Shown here: positions 19,771-20,000 of the stretch, piece by piece
Numbering within the stretch: the stretch's first letter is position 1
Layout of the letters: every line of letters begins with the position of its first letter
From: Malacoraja senta
Lineage: Eukaryota
Length of the DNA stretch: 20,000 nucleotides
Direction of reading: 5' to 3'
Assembly (NCBI GenBank): GCA_038087875.1
Contig: JAXLNO010000504.1
Coordinates: forward strand, 46,273 to 66,272
Notes under the pieces: model-generated
The model's database searches: none
Seen by the model: the letters and a program-made list of their open reading frames with translations, nothing else
Told to the model about the DNA's origin: nothing
Program-made: the position numbers and the translations under genes

Positions 19771-19934
19771 CGGTGAGGCTGCTGTCACACAGCGACCCAG
19801 CTGGTGAGACTGCCTCCAAACAGTGGCAGAGCCGGTAAGACCGCTGTCACACAGTGACCCAGCCGGTGAGGCTGCTGTCACACAGTGACCCAGCCGGTGA
19901 GACTTCTGTCGCACAGTGACCCAGCCGGTGGGAC
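19770..19934. repeat. 31-bp minisatellite, ~5.3 copies
   Basis: Consensus CCGGTGAG(G/A)CTGCTGTCACACAGTGACCCAG; units start at 19770, 19801, 19832, 19863, 19894 and 19925. Confidence 0.92.
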
Positions 19935-20000
19935 AATGTTCATGCCTTCACCGTGATGTGATGGACGCGGGGGTCTGGACCAATCGCTGACAAGTCCCGA

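Noticed and set aside
19770..19934. CACAGTG heptamers as V(D)J recombination signals, or the array as CRISPR-like
   Set aside because: There is no ACAAAAACC nonamer at 12 or 23 bp and no Ig/TCR segments. Units are contiguous without unique spacers, and the DNA is eukaryotic.

Overview
Eukaryotic, repeat-dense DNA, most likely from a cartilaginous fish such as a skate or ray (inferred from the CR1, V-SINE and Penelope repeat types and the receptor family). The only host gene seen is the large terminal exon of a GPR139-like class A GPCR on the minus strand (2028-2935, preceded by a splice acceptor). Its short first exon was not found in the window. Nearly everything from ~2985 to 20000 is transposon-derived and deeply nested. 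An old CR1 LINE (~2985-17820, minus) appears to be interrupted by a Penelope-like element with a 10-bp TSD. That element is in turn interrupted by a complete 4741-bp Ty3/Gypsy (Mag-like) LTR retrotransposon with 204-bp LTRs differing at one base, a 5-bp TSD and a disabled gag-pol. Further insertions are younger CR1 pieces, a Harbinger-like MITE, a V-SINE with an atypical tail, a CpG-rich non-autonomous retroposon family I cannot name, a second Penelope fragment, and fold-back Penelope termini with hammerhead-ribozyme-like cores. I see no convincing wholly new biological system. The best leads are the nesting chronology, the hammerhead/fold-back units, the unnamed CpG-rich retroposon, the tail-swapped SINE and the status of the GPCR. 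Family assignments come from motif recognition, not database searches, and ends of degraded repeats are approximate.
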